From the NCBI GenBank assembly GCA_977018835.1, contig OZ361256.1:1488001-1552000 (forward strand): 64,000 nt of DNA, given 5' to 3'. The stretch's first letter is position 1. The number at the start of each line of letters is the position of its first letter. Shown one piece after another: positions 23,952 to 36,047 of this stretch. Origin of the DNA: Minutocellus sp. GHC0000111. Taxonomy: Eukaryota. The notes under the pieces were generated by a model that was not told the origin of the DNA, did not search any database, and saw nothing but the letters and a program-made list of their open reading frames with translations. A program made the position numbers and the translations under genes.

Positions 23952-24403
23952 GTTGAGTTTGGGGAACGCTAGCTATTATACTTCATAATTGTCTTGTTTC
24001 ATTCAAATGCGTTGTAGCTAACTGGCAATTACATGTATAACAATTTTCTACATAGTCGTTTTATCATATTGACATACTCAGGTGATGGAAAGTGAAGAAA
24101 GTAGGTTAGAACAAGCAGAGATAGTCACAAAGAATTACTCATAGTGCCGTTCAGGTCCACTTCTAAAGCCTCTAAATTGCTCGTAGTAACCGTATTCTCG
24201 ACTCGAATGACGTGCCGAGAAACCGTCACCATTAGAGCATCCGCCACTCTCATACTGATGCTTAGCATCCTCAGCGACCCTAGCTGCCTCTACCCTCGAG
24301 CCTCGAACAAAATGCAATCGTGACCTCTTGTGCAGGGAGAGACCGCGGGCAATTACATACATGTAGATCTACACAATACCATGGCACAATACAAGCCAAC
24401 TTC

Positions 24404-25359
24404 TTACCCTGAATAGTCACACATCACTTTGCACTCGCCATCATTCGATACATGATTCGCCATCTGTCCAATGGTGGTCCTGATACACTTATACGAAAGA
24501 AACGAGTGTGGCATGTCTCTCATGTAGTGCGACAATTTACCTGCTGTAGCCAGGTTAGAACTCCAATTATCAAATTTGAAGCCAACGACTGCTGTGACAA
24601 ATTCGATCTCCCCTGTTTCCTTATGCATGGCAAGAAGCGTCATAAAAATATCCTTGACTTCATTCTCAACAAATGCCCTCTCTCTCTTCGGCAACATATC
24701 GAATGGCAGACGCGAAAACAGGAGGGGCGTAATGTTCCAGCTGGAAATGAAGACTTCTACCAACGTAGGGATGGAGGGGATTCGTTCCAGCATGCGGATC
24801 GTATTTGTAATCCTTCATAGATCGAAACTCGACAAATCCTTCGCACTTGTGTTGGGGTTCAAGCGGAAGGAACGAATCGTCTACTTTTCTGGAACATCTC
24901 AGAAAGAGTTCGTACTTCTCGGGCTCGCAATAGATTGCCGTGCAGACTTCGTCTGGGAACGCTGAGCACCCCTTGCACTGGACGACGAAATCCCCTTCCG
25001 CATCTTGCATAGCGAGGTGGCTCTCGAGGAGTGGCTCCATCCTCTTCGCAAACTCGTGAGCTCGGAAAAAATCGGGAGAAACGATCCTTACCACCGTGAC
25101 CGATGGTGCCGCGGAACTTTTCTGGGACCGAAACATCGAGCCGTTCCCAATGGGTTTGAACGAGAGGGCTTTGCCTCAAGGCCTTGCAGGTTCGTTCGAT
25201 GCGGCATACGGATACCACGTCGCAATGCTTGAGAATCGATCCAAGAGGGTCACCCAGCGTTAGAAGGGCCAACTGTTCGTCATTTGATAGTCTTGGTTTC
25301 TTTGCTTTGGGCGCGGTACCTCTGAGAGTACCGCCGTCGTTGGCGGTGGTGTCCATCAT
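24404..25359 (-). pseudogene. F-box-like protein gene broken by two frameshifts (pseudogene or consensus errors)
   Basis: F-box-like LGDPLGSILKHCDVVSVCRIERTCKALR. Coding-like sequence passes through three overlapping ORFs, with shifts at the A6 run 25066-25071 and near 24800. 3' end uncertain. Confidence 0.5.
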
Positions 25360-25618
25360 CGTTGCGGGCCGGAGGACAGAGAATACGAATGAGCAAAATG
25401 CCTGCAAACCCTTTGCTATGGTCGCATCTCAGTTACCACCATAAAACCGCGCGGCGGCCGAGGACGAGGATCGAGGCAAGGCGAACGGCAGGGGCAGAGA
25501 ACAACCGTTCCATTTGATATGAAAAGGTACCAGTCAGTGCCCATTGTTGAGTGCTTTTACTACATTTGATCGATATATTAGTTGATCTGGCATTTCTATT
25601 TTCCAAAATAAACAAAAT

Positions 25619-26629
25619 ATGCCCAAGAGAAAGGCCGACCAACAAGACCCGGCGCAAGATGCCGCGAAGGCGGATGCCGAGCTGGCCAAACGAGAAGCCG
25701 AGACAGCCCAGCGCGAAAAGGACCTTGATGGCCGTGAAGAGTCTCTCAAGAAACGCGAGGAGGAACTTGAAAAGGCGGAGGAGGAGTTTTCAAGCGAGGC
25801 CGCTAAAGCATATGGCGCTACTAAGCCGGACGATGTTCTTACGCTAAACGTTGGCGGGACGAGATTGCAAGTTTTGCGAAGTACTCTTTGCTGTTTGGAG
25901 GGATCGTTGCTTGCAACCATGTTTTCGGGCCGGTGGGATGACAATCTGGTAAAGGATGGTAAAGGCGCCTTCTTTATCGACCAATCTCCAGAAAACTTCA
26001 AGGTTCTTCTTGACTTCCTTAGGTCGTGGAAGTGCGCGGCCGTAAATGGTCCTAAACCTACCGTTGCCGATTTGGGCGTTGTGGCGAGAAGTAGTCTATT
26101 TACACGAATGGTTGACTATTACAATTGTACAGCCACCCTTTATCCGATCAAGGTTATCTTCTGCGAAATTTTTGGAAAGCCAACACCAAACGTGTGGCCT
26201 GACATATGTGTGAACCCGAACACGATGACTGTTGAGTTCCACGAAGTCGGAGATTATTCTTTCTCTTTCCTCCTCGATGGACACGCAAGAATGGTGAGTA
26301 AGGTTACGTTTGTCTTAGAGGAGCACAAAGCCTTTTCGCTTCGTTCCTATTCAGGTAAGGAAGATTACCTCAATTTTGATCTATCTAAATTCGAAATGAG
26401 TGTACCTCATAGCCAAGATGGCAGAAGAGCTGTGAGTTTGGCTGATATAAATTTGAATTGTCAACGGCTCGTGCCTACAAGTGAAACCAAATCAGGGGAT
26501 GTCGTTGAAGTTGAATTTCATACTGCCTCAGCAAGCCGTATCAAGTTTAAAAGTGTGAAGCTTAATAGCAGATTGGTCTTTTCTTCGTTGGATAGGGAAG
26601 AGCACATTTTTGGTGGCGATGAGAGTTAA
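25619..26629 (+). CDS. Coiled-coil + BTB/POZ (KCTD-type) protein
   Basis: DVLTLNVGG...RSTLC...SLLATMFSGRW...FFIDQSPENFKVLLDFLR. Confidence 0.85.
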   Translation: MPKRKADQQDPAQDAAKADAELAKREAETAQREKDLDGREESLKKREEELEKAEEEFSSEAAKAYGATKPDDVLTLNVGGTRLQVLRSTLCCLEGSLLATMFSGRWDDNLVKDGKGAFFIDQSPENFKVLLDFLRSWKCAAVNGPKPTVADLGVVARSSLFTRMVDYYNCTATLYPIKVIFCEIFGKPTPNVWPDICVNPNTMTVEFHEVGDYSFSFLLDGHARMVSKVTFVLEEHKAFSLRSYSGKEDYLNFDLSKFEMSVPHSQDGRRAVSLADINLNCQRLVPTSETKSGDVVEVEFHTASASRIKFKSVKLNSRLVFSSLDREEHIFGGDES

Positions 26630-26844
26630 TATTCTTTGTAATGAGTATGGATCTTTTGCCTTCAAGATTGAAGGGAAAGTTTGCATAACTGATTGGGGCT
26701 TATCACCTTGGCATAGCTACTAGCCCTACCTTTTCGATGCCACCATGCTCATAATATGCATAACTATGTAAAGTTCTAACCTCAGATAAATTCGATACTT
26801 GGAACAGTAGTTTAAAAGTATAGAGCTAGCAAGCTCTTATCGCT

Positions 26845-27837
26845 CTACGCGCTTGGTGCGCTCATCCGTCGTCTTGGTCTACGTTGCTCAGAATCGGACC
26901 GTACAATCCTCGGCGGTCCCGACGATCCGGTAAGCTTCGATTCGGGAGTTGATGGTATGCCCAGGGAGGCAAAGTCGATGCTGGGAAAGTCGGTAATGTC
27001 AGAAGTGGCCTTCTTTGGTGGTGAGGGTCTATGATCTCGGCCCGTATTGGCAGCAGGCAAGCTAGTTTGTGCGATATGGAGCGGAGGTGGCCCAGGTGGC
27101 TGCACCTCATTTGCTGTTGATGTCGATGCTGGATCAGTCGGAAATGGCACCGACAAGGCCCTCGCAAGTGTTTGGAGGACATGGCCGCTTTGGAACTGCG
27201 GCCTCATCCGTACGCCCGAGGACGAGGACGATTCCAACGACGTCGACAACACCGCTATCGGTCCGGATTCGGTCCGAATCTTCTTGGTCACCTCTTGAGA
27301 TGCCTCCTCCAGGGGCAGCAGCGTGCGCGGAAAGAGTCGGGGCGGGCTGCGGTTCCATCCCGCGTCGGCAGCGAGGGCGGCGTGTCGTCGGCCGGGCGTC
27401 CGGGGAGTCGGTGGTAGGTTCTGCGGCATCCGAAGTCCGGGTCGTGGATTTGAGTGGTCATTTCCGTCCGTGGGAGGAGTTCGAGGCGATAGGCGGGCGT
27501 ATGGCTCCGCCCGACTGGCCGCGCTGGAATATAGGAGCGAACGGAGCGTGTCCTGCGGCTGGCGCATGTAGGGGTTCGATTCGCTCGTGCTGGTTTCTGC
27601 GTCGTTTGTGCGTGAGGTGTCATCATCACCGTGTAGAGGCGGTGGAGGCAGGAGCGGTTCCTGCTTGTCGTACGAGCGGGAGTATTTGTGCTCCTGGCGC
27701 ATCATATGCTCTCGGATAGATTTGAGCCGGTTGCTTTTGGCAGTAGTGTCGGTGTCGTTGTGCATATTTGCTGAGACGTTGGCATTAGTAGAAGTGGAAG
27801 AAGACGGAGACAAACGGTAATTTTGTGGGCTGTTCAT
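26845..27837 (-). CDS. Hypothetical Pro/Ser-rich disordered protein
   Basis: Long ORF with ATG MNSPQNY at about 27837; no recognisable domain. Confidence 0.55.
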   Translation of the reverse strand: MNSPQNYRLSPSSSTSTNANVSANMHNDTDTTAKSNRLKSIREHMMRQEHKYSRSYDKQEPLLPPPPLHGDDDTSRTNDAETSTSESNPYMRQPQDTLRSLLYSSAASRAEPYARLSPRTPPTDGNDHSNPRPGLRMPQNLPPTPRTPGRRHAALAADAGWNRSPPRLFPRTLLPLEEASQEVTKKIRTESGPIAVLSTSLESSSSSGVRMRPQFQSGHVLQTLARALSVPFPTDPASTSTANEVQPPGPPPLHIAQTSLPAANTGRDHRPSPPKKATSDITDFPSIDFASLGIPSTPESKLTGSSGPPRIVRSDSEQRRPRRRMSAPSA

Positions 27838-28624
27838 TGTTGTTCCAAATGCGAATTTGGGTATGTATTCTTGTGAAGGTGAATAGGGAAGTGATTCAAG
27901 GCCTAAGATTGGTAAATTCGGGCAGCTTGACACCCTTTGATGGAGAGCGTGGGAGATAGAGGGAGCGACGCTGTAGGGTTGCGGGTAGACAGAGTTTGAC
28001 TCATGGAGAGAATGCAAAGAAGGTTAACTCAATCCGGTTACTGCTCAGCCAGTTTGCTTTCTCGACGTGTCACAGGCAATATGTTTTGCTGCATGAAACA
28101 ACTGCCCCCGTTTGTGCTTTGAGTGGTTGTTTGGGTGCCGGCAATGCGTGCGACGTCGAGGAGACAATGCTCGGACATGAGAAGGCATCGCGATCGTTCT
28201 TCAAGGCCTCAAATTTTTTGCCTTTGAGACGCCGCAGTGCCAGCTCTCGCAACCGCGGAGCCTTTTGCTCCTTTTGCACTCCTGGAGACGCTAATAATGT
28301 TACTTTCAAACCATTATTTCTTTCAAAGGGAGTGTTTAATTTGGCATCTTTCTTTTTGACGAGCGCTCTGCATGGTGAGGTGTGCGCGGGAACTCCAAGA
28401 ACGAAGAAGTGATGCAAAGCGTGCAGACCATTCCTCGGCGCAAGGCAGGCCGAATTGACTCAGAACGCCGATGGCAATTGTTGCTGATGGGTGGATTCGG
28501 CAAATCGTTGCCTGCCATAAATACAAGAGTTGTTCCATAAAGAATATCACTTCCATCAATTTCACTGCACGCACTGATAGATCAAAGCGATCACGTATTA
28601 TTTTTAGCAAAACTACATACAGAA

Positions 28625-29692
28625 ATGGATCTCACTCAGCATCCGCCAGACCCGTCGGCTACTTCTGCGAAGCGACTTCGCCGTGCTCCAACAGCTACCG
28701 CCACGAGCAATAATAATAGGCCGAGTCGAGGGATTCTGAAACATTCTTCGTCGTGGCTTGACACTGAAGAAGCTGGAAATAGATCACCCAATATTTCCTG
28801 CAGAACCAAGAACTTGTCTACGTTGTCGTCCTTCTCCCAATATTTCGACCGGCAAGTTGCCCAAGACATTGTCAATTCGTACAAACGTCCAGCCACCATC
28901 GCCACGCATGAGGAGCAGATGGAAACATGCCGCCTCATGATTTATGATCTCATTGAAGTTTCGACTCTTCTGGTAGACGAGAAACATGACGCACCCCTTG
29001 CCGTTGAGGAATATACCTTGGCCTTGACTGTGGTTCATCTACAAACCAAAGTTCACGACAATCTCGGCATTATTCGATTCCCTCCCGAAGAACTCCTCAC
29101 CGAGCTGGTTACGTACAAACTTAACACGGCCAAGCTGTTGCAGAGGATGCACGAGGCACGCGGCAAGTATGGCATCTACGATCGAGCACTTGACGAGGCC
29201 TACCGAACGACGTGCAGTAGTACTAGTACATACTCACATACTCATCTCTCGAACTGCACAATAGAACCCCTTCACATCAAGTCCTACGCCGATTACATGG
29301 CCGATACGGCCGAATCCATCACCAGCGTCATCCTGTACAACATGAGCGTAGCTTACTCGCTCCAAAATTTGGATTCATTAGCGCTGCAGACCTGCCAGTT
29401 GGCATTGGAATGCACCCGTCTTGTACCCAATGCTCATCGTGGTATGCTCATCAAGACATTGGTTTTGCGACGGATATACTCCCTGTTGGTTGGGCGTGCT
29501 GGTTGTGAGAAGGACATTATTGGCAAAGATGCAGAACAGCAACGGCACCAAGTAGGACAAATCGCATTTGCCAGTGGGCTAGATCCGACCCAAATATCGG
29601 AGGAACTATTTCCTACGAAGTTTACATGCTTACAATTTACCCTTCCGGTGCCATGGCTGCATAATGTAGAAGTATTGTTTACAAAAATTTGA
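28625..29692 (+). CDS. Hypothetical helical protein with a TPR-like segment
   Basis: 355-aa ATG-initiated ORF; VILYNMSVAYSL...ALQTCQLALE resembles a TPR helix pair. Confidence 0.6.
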   Translation: MDLTQHPPDPSATSAKRLRRAPTATATSNNNRPSRGILKHSSSWLDTEEAGNRSPNISCRTKNLSTLSSFSQYFDRQVAQDIVNSYKRPATIATHEEQMETCRLMIYDLIEVSTLLVDEKHDAPLAVEEYTLALTVVHLQTKVHDNLGIIRFPPEELLTELVTYKLNTAKLLQRMHEARGKYGIYDRALDEAYRTTCSSTSTYSHTHLSNCTIEPLHIKSYADYMADTAESITSVILYNMSVAYSLQNLDSLALQTCQLALECTRLVPNAHRGMLIKTLVLRRIYSLLVGRAGCEKDIIGKDAEQQRHQVGQIAFASGLDPTQISEELFPTKFTCLQFTLPVPWLHNVEVLFTKI

Positions 29693-29728
29693 ATCTAATT
29701 TGATGTCTAAAACTTTTACAACCAAAGG

Positions 29729-31513
29729 CTACGCCGCTACCACAGCCTCGTTGGCCTTTTGCACCAAAGCAGGCTTGACCTCGATTGGCACGCCATCCTT
29801 GGGTAGCGGAATGATGCTCATGCGCTTCCACTCCACGTTTTCTCCAGATTTTAGGTTTTCATCGGCCAAGCTGAAATCCATTTTACGTGCCAGGGTGGCA
29901 AGAAAGACTTTCATCTCCGTATAAGCCAGCGTCGAGCCGAGGCAGTATCTAGGTCCAGCTCCCATGGGGATAAAGACGGTCGAGGGACGAGTCGTCTCAT
30001 CGAGCCATCGCTCGGGTTGGAATCCATCCTTGACGTCCATGTGCGAACCATCCTCCTTGTACGTGATGGGATCGTTCTCGTGTGTCAGCAGGACATTCCA
30101 GTTGACGCCCCATCCCTTTGGGACTTGGTACCCATCGATGGTGACCGTACTCTTGAGCGTTCGTGGGGCACCAGACGACAATGGCTTGAGCCGCATGGTC
30201 TCCTTGATCACACCCTCCAGATACGGACACTCCTTATCGAGGAGATCACGGGTCATCTCATCTCCATGTTTGGCCATCATATCGCGTTGTTCTTCCACCA
30301 GCTTGGCCCACTTGCCAGGACTAAGACCAAGGAACAGCAAGGCATTCGTCAGCGTCGAAGCCGAGGTCTCTGATCCGGCCAGAATAAGCACCAACGAGTT
30401 CTCCACAATCTGCACCCTCGTGAGTTTCCTGTTGCCATCGGTGCCTTCCGTTGCATCATCGGTGGCATATACCATGGCACTCAGCGTCGATGCATCGGGA
30501 CCATTGGCCTCCAACTGATCAATCTTTTGCGTAAGCCATGCCTTGGCACGGAACGCTGGCGACCGCTTGGGAAAGACGTTGAACACCACCCTCAGATCTG
30601 CGAAGCCAGCAATCCACTGATCGACCATCTGACTGAATACGGGTACCTCGTCCTCCGACAGATTCAAACCCAAAATCTGCTTCCACGCCACGTCCAAGGT
30701 GTATGCCGTGCACGTCGCCTCGGAATTGGCCGCGCCATCCCGCAACATTTGATCGACCTGCATTTCCGCCGCCTCCCTCAAATTGGGCACGGCCTTGGTC
30801 ATCGCCGCCGGCGTCATGGCGGCACCGACCAGCCGGCGCATGTACGAGTGCATCTTGCGATCTTTTTCGGCCAGCATGGAATTCTCATCGAGCATACCGC
30901 TGGGGTTGACCCCATTCTCCACGCCGTCGTCGTCAAATTCGGTGTTGAGCAGATTCTTGATGCTGTCGCCGCCGGTAATGACGGCACCTGGTCGGCCGAG
31001 GAAATACACCATCCACACACGCGGTGCGCCGAGGGCCTTGGACATGCGATGCCAAAAGTATCCGGTGCCGAACTTTTTGGAGCCGACAAAGATTTGATTG
31101 CCAAAGAGGGGACATCCCAGCTTGCCCGGGGGGAGGGGTTCGTCGACGGCGGCATCGCGGACAATGTTGGGGTACAGGATGCGCTTGATATTGAGCGAAA
31201 GAGCGATGGCTGCACCGAGGAGAATGATTTTGCGCACAATGGATGGAGTTACTGGGAGGGAGGATATGGCTCTGGATATGGCCGCAGCTGGTGCCAGAGA
31301 GAGGGAGGTGGAGGTAGTTGCAGGAGAAGTAGCAGCAGTCGTGATGGGCGCATTGTTGAGTAGCGGTAGTTGTTGGTGGGTTTGCTGGGAACACCGACGA
31401 ATCTGGCCGTGTGCTTGTGCTGGGACTGAAACTACTGCCGAATGAGGGACGAACGCGGCTGCATGATTAGCCGCCAGCGCGAACGCGGCAGCGCATATGC
31501 ATATCCTTGGCAT
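29729..31513 (-). CDS. Cytochrome P450 with a bipartite plastid-type presequence
   Basis: LPPG proline hinge, AGSETS I-helix, ETMR (ExxR), PERW, heme motif PMGAGPRYCLG. Signal ends AAA|FVP. Confidence 0.93.
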   Translation of the reverse strand: MPRICICAAAFALAANHAAAFVPHSAVVSVPAQAHGQIRRCSQQTHQQLPLLNNAPITTAATSPATTSTSLSLAPAAAISRAISSLPVTPSIVRKIILLGAAIALSLNIKRILYPNIVRDAAVDEPLPPGKLGCPLFGNQIFVGSKKFGTGYFWHRMSKALGAPRVWMVYFLGRPGAVITGGDSIKNLLNTEFDDDGVENGVNPSGMLDENSMLAEKDRKMHSYMRRLVGAAMTPAAMTKAVPNLREAAEMQVDQMLRDGAANSEATCTAYTLDVAWKQILGLNLSEDEVPVFSQMVDQWIAGFADLRVVFNVFPKRSPAFRAKAWLTQKIDQLEANGPDASTLSAMVYATDDATEGTDGNRKLTRVQIVENSLVLILAGSETSASTLTNALLFLGLSPGKWAKLVEEQRDMMAKHGDEMTRDLLDKECPYLEGVIKETMRLKPLSSGAPRTLKSTVTIDGYQVPKGWGVNWNVLLTHENDPITYKEDGSHMDVKDGFQPERWLDETTRPSTVFIPMGAGPRYCLGSTLAYTEMKVFLATLARKMDFSLADENLKSGENVEWKRMSIIPLPKDGVPIEVKPALVQKANEAVVAA

Positions 31514-31906
31514 CGTGACGTAGGCTTTCGCAAGGCAATATGCGCTTCGTGGATCGGTTGGCTGCAGTTTGACTACATGTATGCTGCGCCATCTGAATCA
31601 ATGTCGGCGATGTGGGATGTGGGGCTGTGTGGGCAGATTCGATCCACTTCACTTCGCCGAAGCAGCACAAGTGCGAGCCGGCCTGTCTTGTGTGCAAGTC
31701 ATGATGTTGACCTCGCCCCAAGAGAAGCAGGCGAAGCGAAGTCAAAGAGGTGATCGAATCGACTTGCACAAGCGGCAACAATGCAACACCAGTCACATCA
31801 ACCACTGTCAGAGAGTAGCCGCCTGTTCCAGTTGTCACAAATATTGAGAGCCAAACCTACGCCTGCATATCCACTTCCTCTCTCCCACCCACACATCTTC
31901 CCCACC

Positions 31907-34418
31907 ATGTTGTCGTCGTCTTTGCTACTTCGAACCATCGTCCTCATCCTTGTCGCCACCGCCGCCATCAACTGCTCGGCCCAGCAGCCCCGGCCGGCCC
32001 ACCAGCTCGTCCGAGAGGGACCCTTCCGCCTCCGCCTGCATTACCAGTCCGACTACAACTGGCAGACCGACAACCTCGCCTTCGGCACCAGCTACTGCTG
32101 GGCCTGTTCCGGTTCCGGCGCCGATCTAGGCAGCTCGACCACCCAGGCCACCAAGCTGATGGAGAAGGGAGACGATGGCCCTTCACAGGCAGACGTCAAG
32201 AAGCAGTGCCAGAAGGGCGACACCGTATGGATCGCACCGTGTGACCTCAAGGATCCCAAACAGCTCTTTCAGTACGAACGGATTGATAATCTGTTGCAGG
32301 TCGATGGACACACCGCCACGGTGGGATTGTTCAAGATTGCCGGCACCGACCTGTGCCTGACCGACGATCGGGCCGAGAATTGTGGCTTCGATACCACCGA
32401 CGTCGAGTACGAGGAAGAAAAATGTTACACGTTGCAGAAATGTGCCACGGCCCGGTTGATGAGCAAGATGGAACGTGCCGGCGGTGGAGGAGGCGATGGC
32501 GACTCGTCCATAATGTCTGCTGCAACCAAAGAGGAAGATACGACCAAAGATCGAGATGATCCGTATTCTTTTTTGCCCTCCATTGCCTCCCGCCAACTGT
32601 TCGTTGGATTCAACCCCTCGCGAGATTTGTTCGAGATCCATCCCTTCTCCCTGACGGGCTACACCGCCACGCAGGGCATCAGCTACCGCAAATGCGTGAG
32701 CAACCATCACCATCCCAAGCCCAAGGAGCTCATCTACGCCCAGGGATGCGACGTGGCCCGCCGCACCGATTCAAGCTACTGGAAGATTTGGGGCGAGAGC
32801 TGCACGTCGTACGCGCCCTGTCACATGTGCGAGGGCAAGTGTCGCGATCACGATCACTGTGAAGGATCTCTTCAGTGCTTTTATCGGGAAGATGACGACG
32901 ACGACTCCTTTGTGCCGGGCTGTGGTTCGTCGTTCAATGGTTTGGAGCCGGGTGAAAATGTATGCTACTATCCAGGAGAAGGTTTGACGCTAAGCACAAC
33001 ACCTGATGAAGATTCAGTGACAACAGCCTCGTTGTATGAATGCGAGGGAGATTGTGGTGAGTATCTCGCATATGCATTTCTTTCGCTTGCTTATTGTTAT
33101 TACTTTTATTCCTCATCCAACCTAATATCTCTGCTTTACTTACTTGCTTTCAGACGCCGACTCGGACTGCTTTGGAGAGCTAGTTTGCTATTTCCGCAAT
33201 GCGTATGAGTCAGTACCAGGATGTTCGGGCCAGGGAGGCCGAGGTGAGGACTACTGCTATCACCCAATGCATCATGGAGTTCACGGTGATAGCAACATGA
33301 TTCCGAGAATCACTCGTAACCCCACCCAGGCTCCGACCACACCCAAACCAACTCCAAGGCCTACCTTGCGAGCCCGTCCAAATGAGCCCGAGAGGCCCAG
33401 AGATTACGCTTTGAATGACGACAAAGAATCATCTGAGGAGTTGGGCGTTTCTGTAAATAGGGCACATGCAGATCCTTTTGGTGATGGCGAAAGCCCGCTT
33501 GGAGGTGAGGGTGCTGGTGTAGTCGATACCAAGACCACAACGTTTGAGGTAGTTCGCAATCATAATTGTTTTCTCGGGCAGTGCGACCTTTGCGAAGGAT
33601 CCTGTCGGCATGATAGTGACTGCGCAGAGGGTCTCTTTTGCATCAAGAGAGATGAATTTAGTGACGATACTGTTGACAACTTCGCAGATTGTTCTGGTCA
33701 GGCCCAACGACGAGAAAATTACTGCTACCACTCAAGACCATACACCGAGCTCATGATCGTACCAGATGCGGGCGCAAATTGTGGAAAGGGCGTGATCTGC
33801 ACAGCGTGTCAGGGTGATTGCGGTGAGTTTCGTATACATTGTTTATGTTTGTCGTTTGTCTCCTTCTTGTATACAATGTCTCACATGAGTAATTTTTCCT
33901 TTCTACTCACATGCTTTGCTTCAGACAACGATGAGGAATGTGCTGGCAAGCTCAAATGTTTCCAGCGATCATCATTCGAGCGAGTTCCCGGCTGTGCTGG
34001 AAAAGGCGTTGAGGGCCGAGATTATTGCTATAAATCTGATAATGAAGAGGAGTTCAACGAGGTCGAAGATGCCGGAGATACTCCTGTACCAGAGGTGGGA
34101 CATAAGCTTGATCCGTTGATTGATGAGGTCGCGGCCATCGATGATGGTTTGGCACACGAAAAGCTTCCAAAACTGACAGAAGAGGACTACTATTGCCAGA
34201 AGGTTCCATGTGGAGTATGTGAAGGAGATTGTAATGATTCAACCATGTGCTCTGGTGATCTGGTATGTATCCATCGCGAAGGAGATGAGTCCATGGAAAA
34301 TCTTGGATGTTCTGGTAAAGGTGTAAAAGGAGTAGATTACTGTGTGGATCAGATGAAAGTGACTTGGAGGACGGCGAGGTATGATGGAACGACGAAGAAG
34401 TGGTGGGCGCTAAACTGA
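31907..34418 (+). CDS. Frustulin-like cell-wall protein: N-terminal Trp-containing domain + five acidic Cys-rich (acr) repeats; introns 33057-33153 and 33823-33924
   Basis: Signal peptide; repeated C(E/Q)G(D/K/S)C..D..C.G.L.C..R.....VPGC.G......DYCY; GTGAGT...CAG introns both restore CxGDCD. Confidence 0.85.
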
Positions 34419-34734
34419 TAGAGCTGGCTATAGGCAGATGAAGTGAAAAGAGCCAAAATATAATGTACCATGGTGTGTTCATATTTTTTGTATGTAAGCT
34501 AAATCCTCTCTAATTCAATGAGAAATTCGTTCAGAATTTTACTCTCGAAGTGTTCAACATTGGCTTCACTGCGTAGATAGGAGGGCATGGCTTCAATCTG
34601 TTTAGTAACACTCATCTGGTCCCTGCCATGCATGGAGCAAGAACATTCGCAGCTGTCACCTTCCGAGCAAATAATGATAGATCGAGCACCGCACTCATTG
34701 AAAGGCCGATGCGTTTGATATGCGGAGCACTTCA

Positions 34735-35244
34735 TTATCTCGACACCCATTTCACTAAGCTTCTTCGCAATGCGATCGTACTGATTGGCTTTTTTTGCGC
34801 TTCTTTGACCATTTCTTCTCTTTTTCGAAGCTCTTCGTCCCTCGCCGCAATCACTTCGTCCTTTTTGCGAAGAGCGGCCTTAAATTCTTCCACCATGCAG
34901 GTTTCAAAGCCTTGCAGCTCCTTGTGGACCTCATCAAGCATCAAATACCTTGTAGCCGATTTGAGGAGGGCCAAATCCGGGCGAGAAAGAGTTCGAGCGT
35001 CCTGCGAGATATTGAAAGTGCCTTTGAGAATCCCAAGAACAATACGAAAAGAAGCTGGGTCCACGTCGAGAAAATATTGGCCATTCCTTTTCTCCCAGGG
35101 AATCTCACTGCTGAGTATCTTGGACAGAATCCAATCCTGAGATTCGATAATGGACTTCTTCACTACAAAATATTGGCCCTGAACGGAGAGACCAACTGAA
35201 TCATCTTTCTCGGCTTCGTTTGAATTCGATAAGGGGGATGACAT
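34735..35244 (-). CDS. Small BTB/POZ + coiled-coil protein; may continue by frameshift into 34499-34750
   Basis: VGLSVQGQYFVVKKSII...YFLDVDPASFRIVLGILK is BTB-like. Confidence 0.7.
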   Translation of the reverse strand: MSSPLSNSNEAEKDDSVGLSVQGQYFVVKKSIIESQDWILSKILSSEIPWEKRNGQYFLDVDPASFRIVLGILKGTFNISQDARTLSRPDLALLKSATRYLMLDEVHKELQGFETCMVEEFKAALRKKDEVIAARDEELRKREEMVKEAQKKPISTIALRRSLVKWVSR

Positions 35245-35339
35245 GATGATCTTATAATGGATCAGAAATGAAGACGTGGCTACAAAATTTATTTCAACGT
35301 GTTGGAATCAATGAAAATTTGATTCGCAGGTTGAAAATT

Positions 35340-36047
35340 TCAGCTCAACGTGTCGGTCACCTCCAATCTTTGGGTAGCTCGCTCTCTCACTCGGAGTCTC
35401 CGCTCTTTCGCCGCTTTCTCTCGCAGCATCCTCCATCTACGCCCGTCTTCTCGCTTCTGCAGTATCTTTGCGATATTATTCGTATTGTCATCTTCGCCTG
35501 AATTATCATCACGTGTTCCCTTGCTGCTGGCGTCAGTCGCCACTCGGACCACATGCCGGCATTCCTCTGGGGAATTTACTCTTGTAAAGTGAGAATCTTC
35601 GGCGGCAATGGAATTCGACTGAATGTGACCATTTGGTCCCATGGTACAGTGATCTCGACAACCACCGCCAACAACGCGGATGTTGCACTTGCTGCTGTTA
35701 CCTGCCTTCTCGCCCCTGCCCATTACCAGCGACTCAATCTCGAGGAGGGCAGCACCGCCGCCGCTGCCAGAGCAGTCTGGTCCCAAGCATACCTCGATGG
35801 TCACTGCTTTATTGCCATTGTCAATGCCCCCATCAGCTGGTAGAGAGTCCAGCACCTCCTTGCCCTGGTCGACTGTACTACTACTGCCGGCACTTTGGTG
35901 ACCTGTCGTGTCGTTGATGGTGGCTTCGTCGGTGGCTTTGTAACGAGATGTGTCGCAGTAGCTACGCTGCGGATCTACCCGCGCCCGGGCCGTCTGCTGC
36001 CTCTGCCGGGCCTGCAACTGCTTCAAGAGCAGGGCACCGCTCGACAT
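35340..36047 (-). CDS. Thioredoxin-like [2Fe-2S] ferredoxin domain protein
   Basis: IEVCLGPDC...GCRDHCTMGPN gives the C-x4-C...C-x3-C-xx-GP pattern. Confidence 0.75.
   Translation of the reverse strand: MSSGALLLKQLQARQRQQTARARVDPQRSYCDTSRYKATDEATINDTTGHQSAGSSSTVDQGKEVLDSLPADGGIDNGNKAVTIEVCLGPDCSGSGGGAALLEIESLVMGRGEKAGNSSKCNIRVVGGGCRDHCTMGPNGHIQSNSIAAEDSHFTRVNSPEECRHVVRVATDASSKGTRDDNSGEDDNTNNIAKILQKREDGRRWRMLREKAAKERRLRVRERATQRLEVTDTLS

Noticed and set aside
26610..26722. Possible frameshifted C-terminal extension of the BTB gene (…FAFKIEGKVCITDWGLS)
   Set aside because: Coding-like by eye only; cannot be supported without homolog alignment.
28070..28417. 115-aa basic ORF on the minus strand
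   Set aside because: No recognisable domain or clear gene structure; may be a fragment or UTR.
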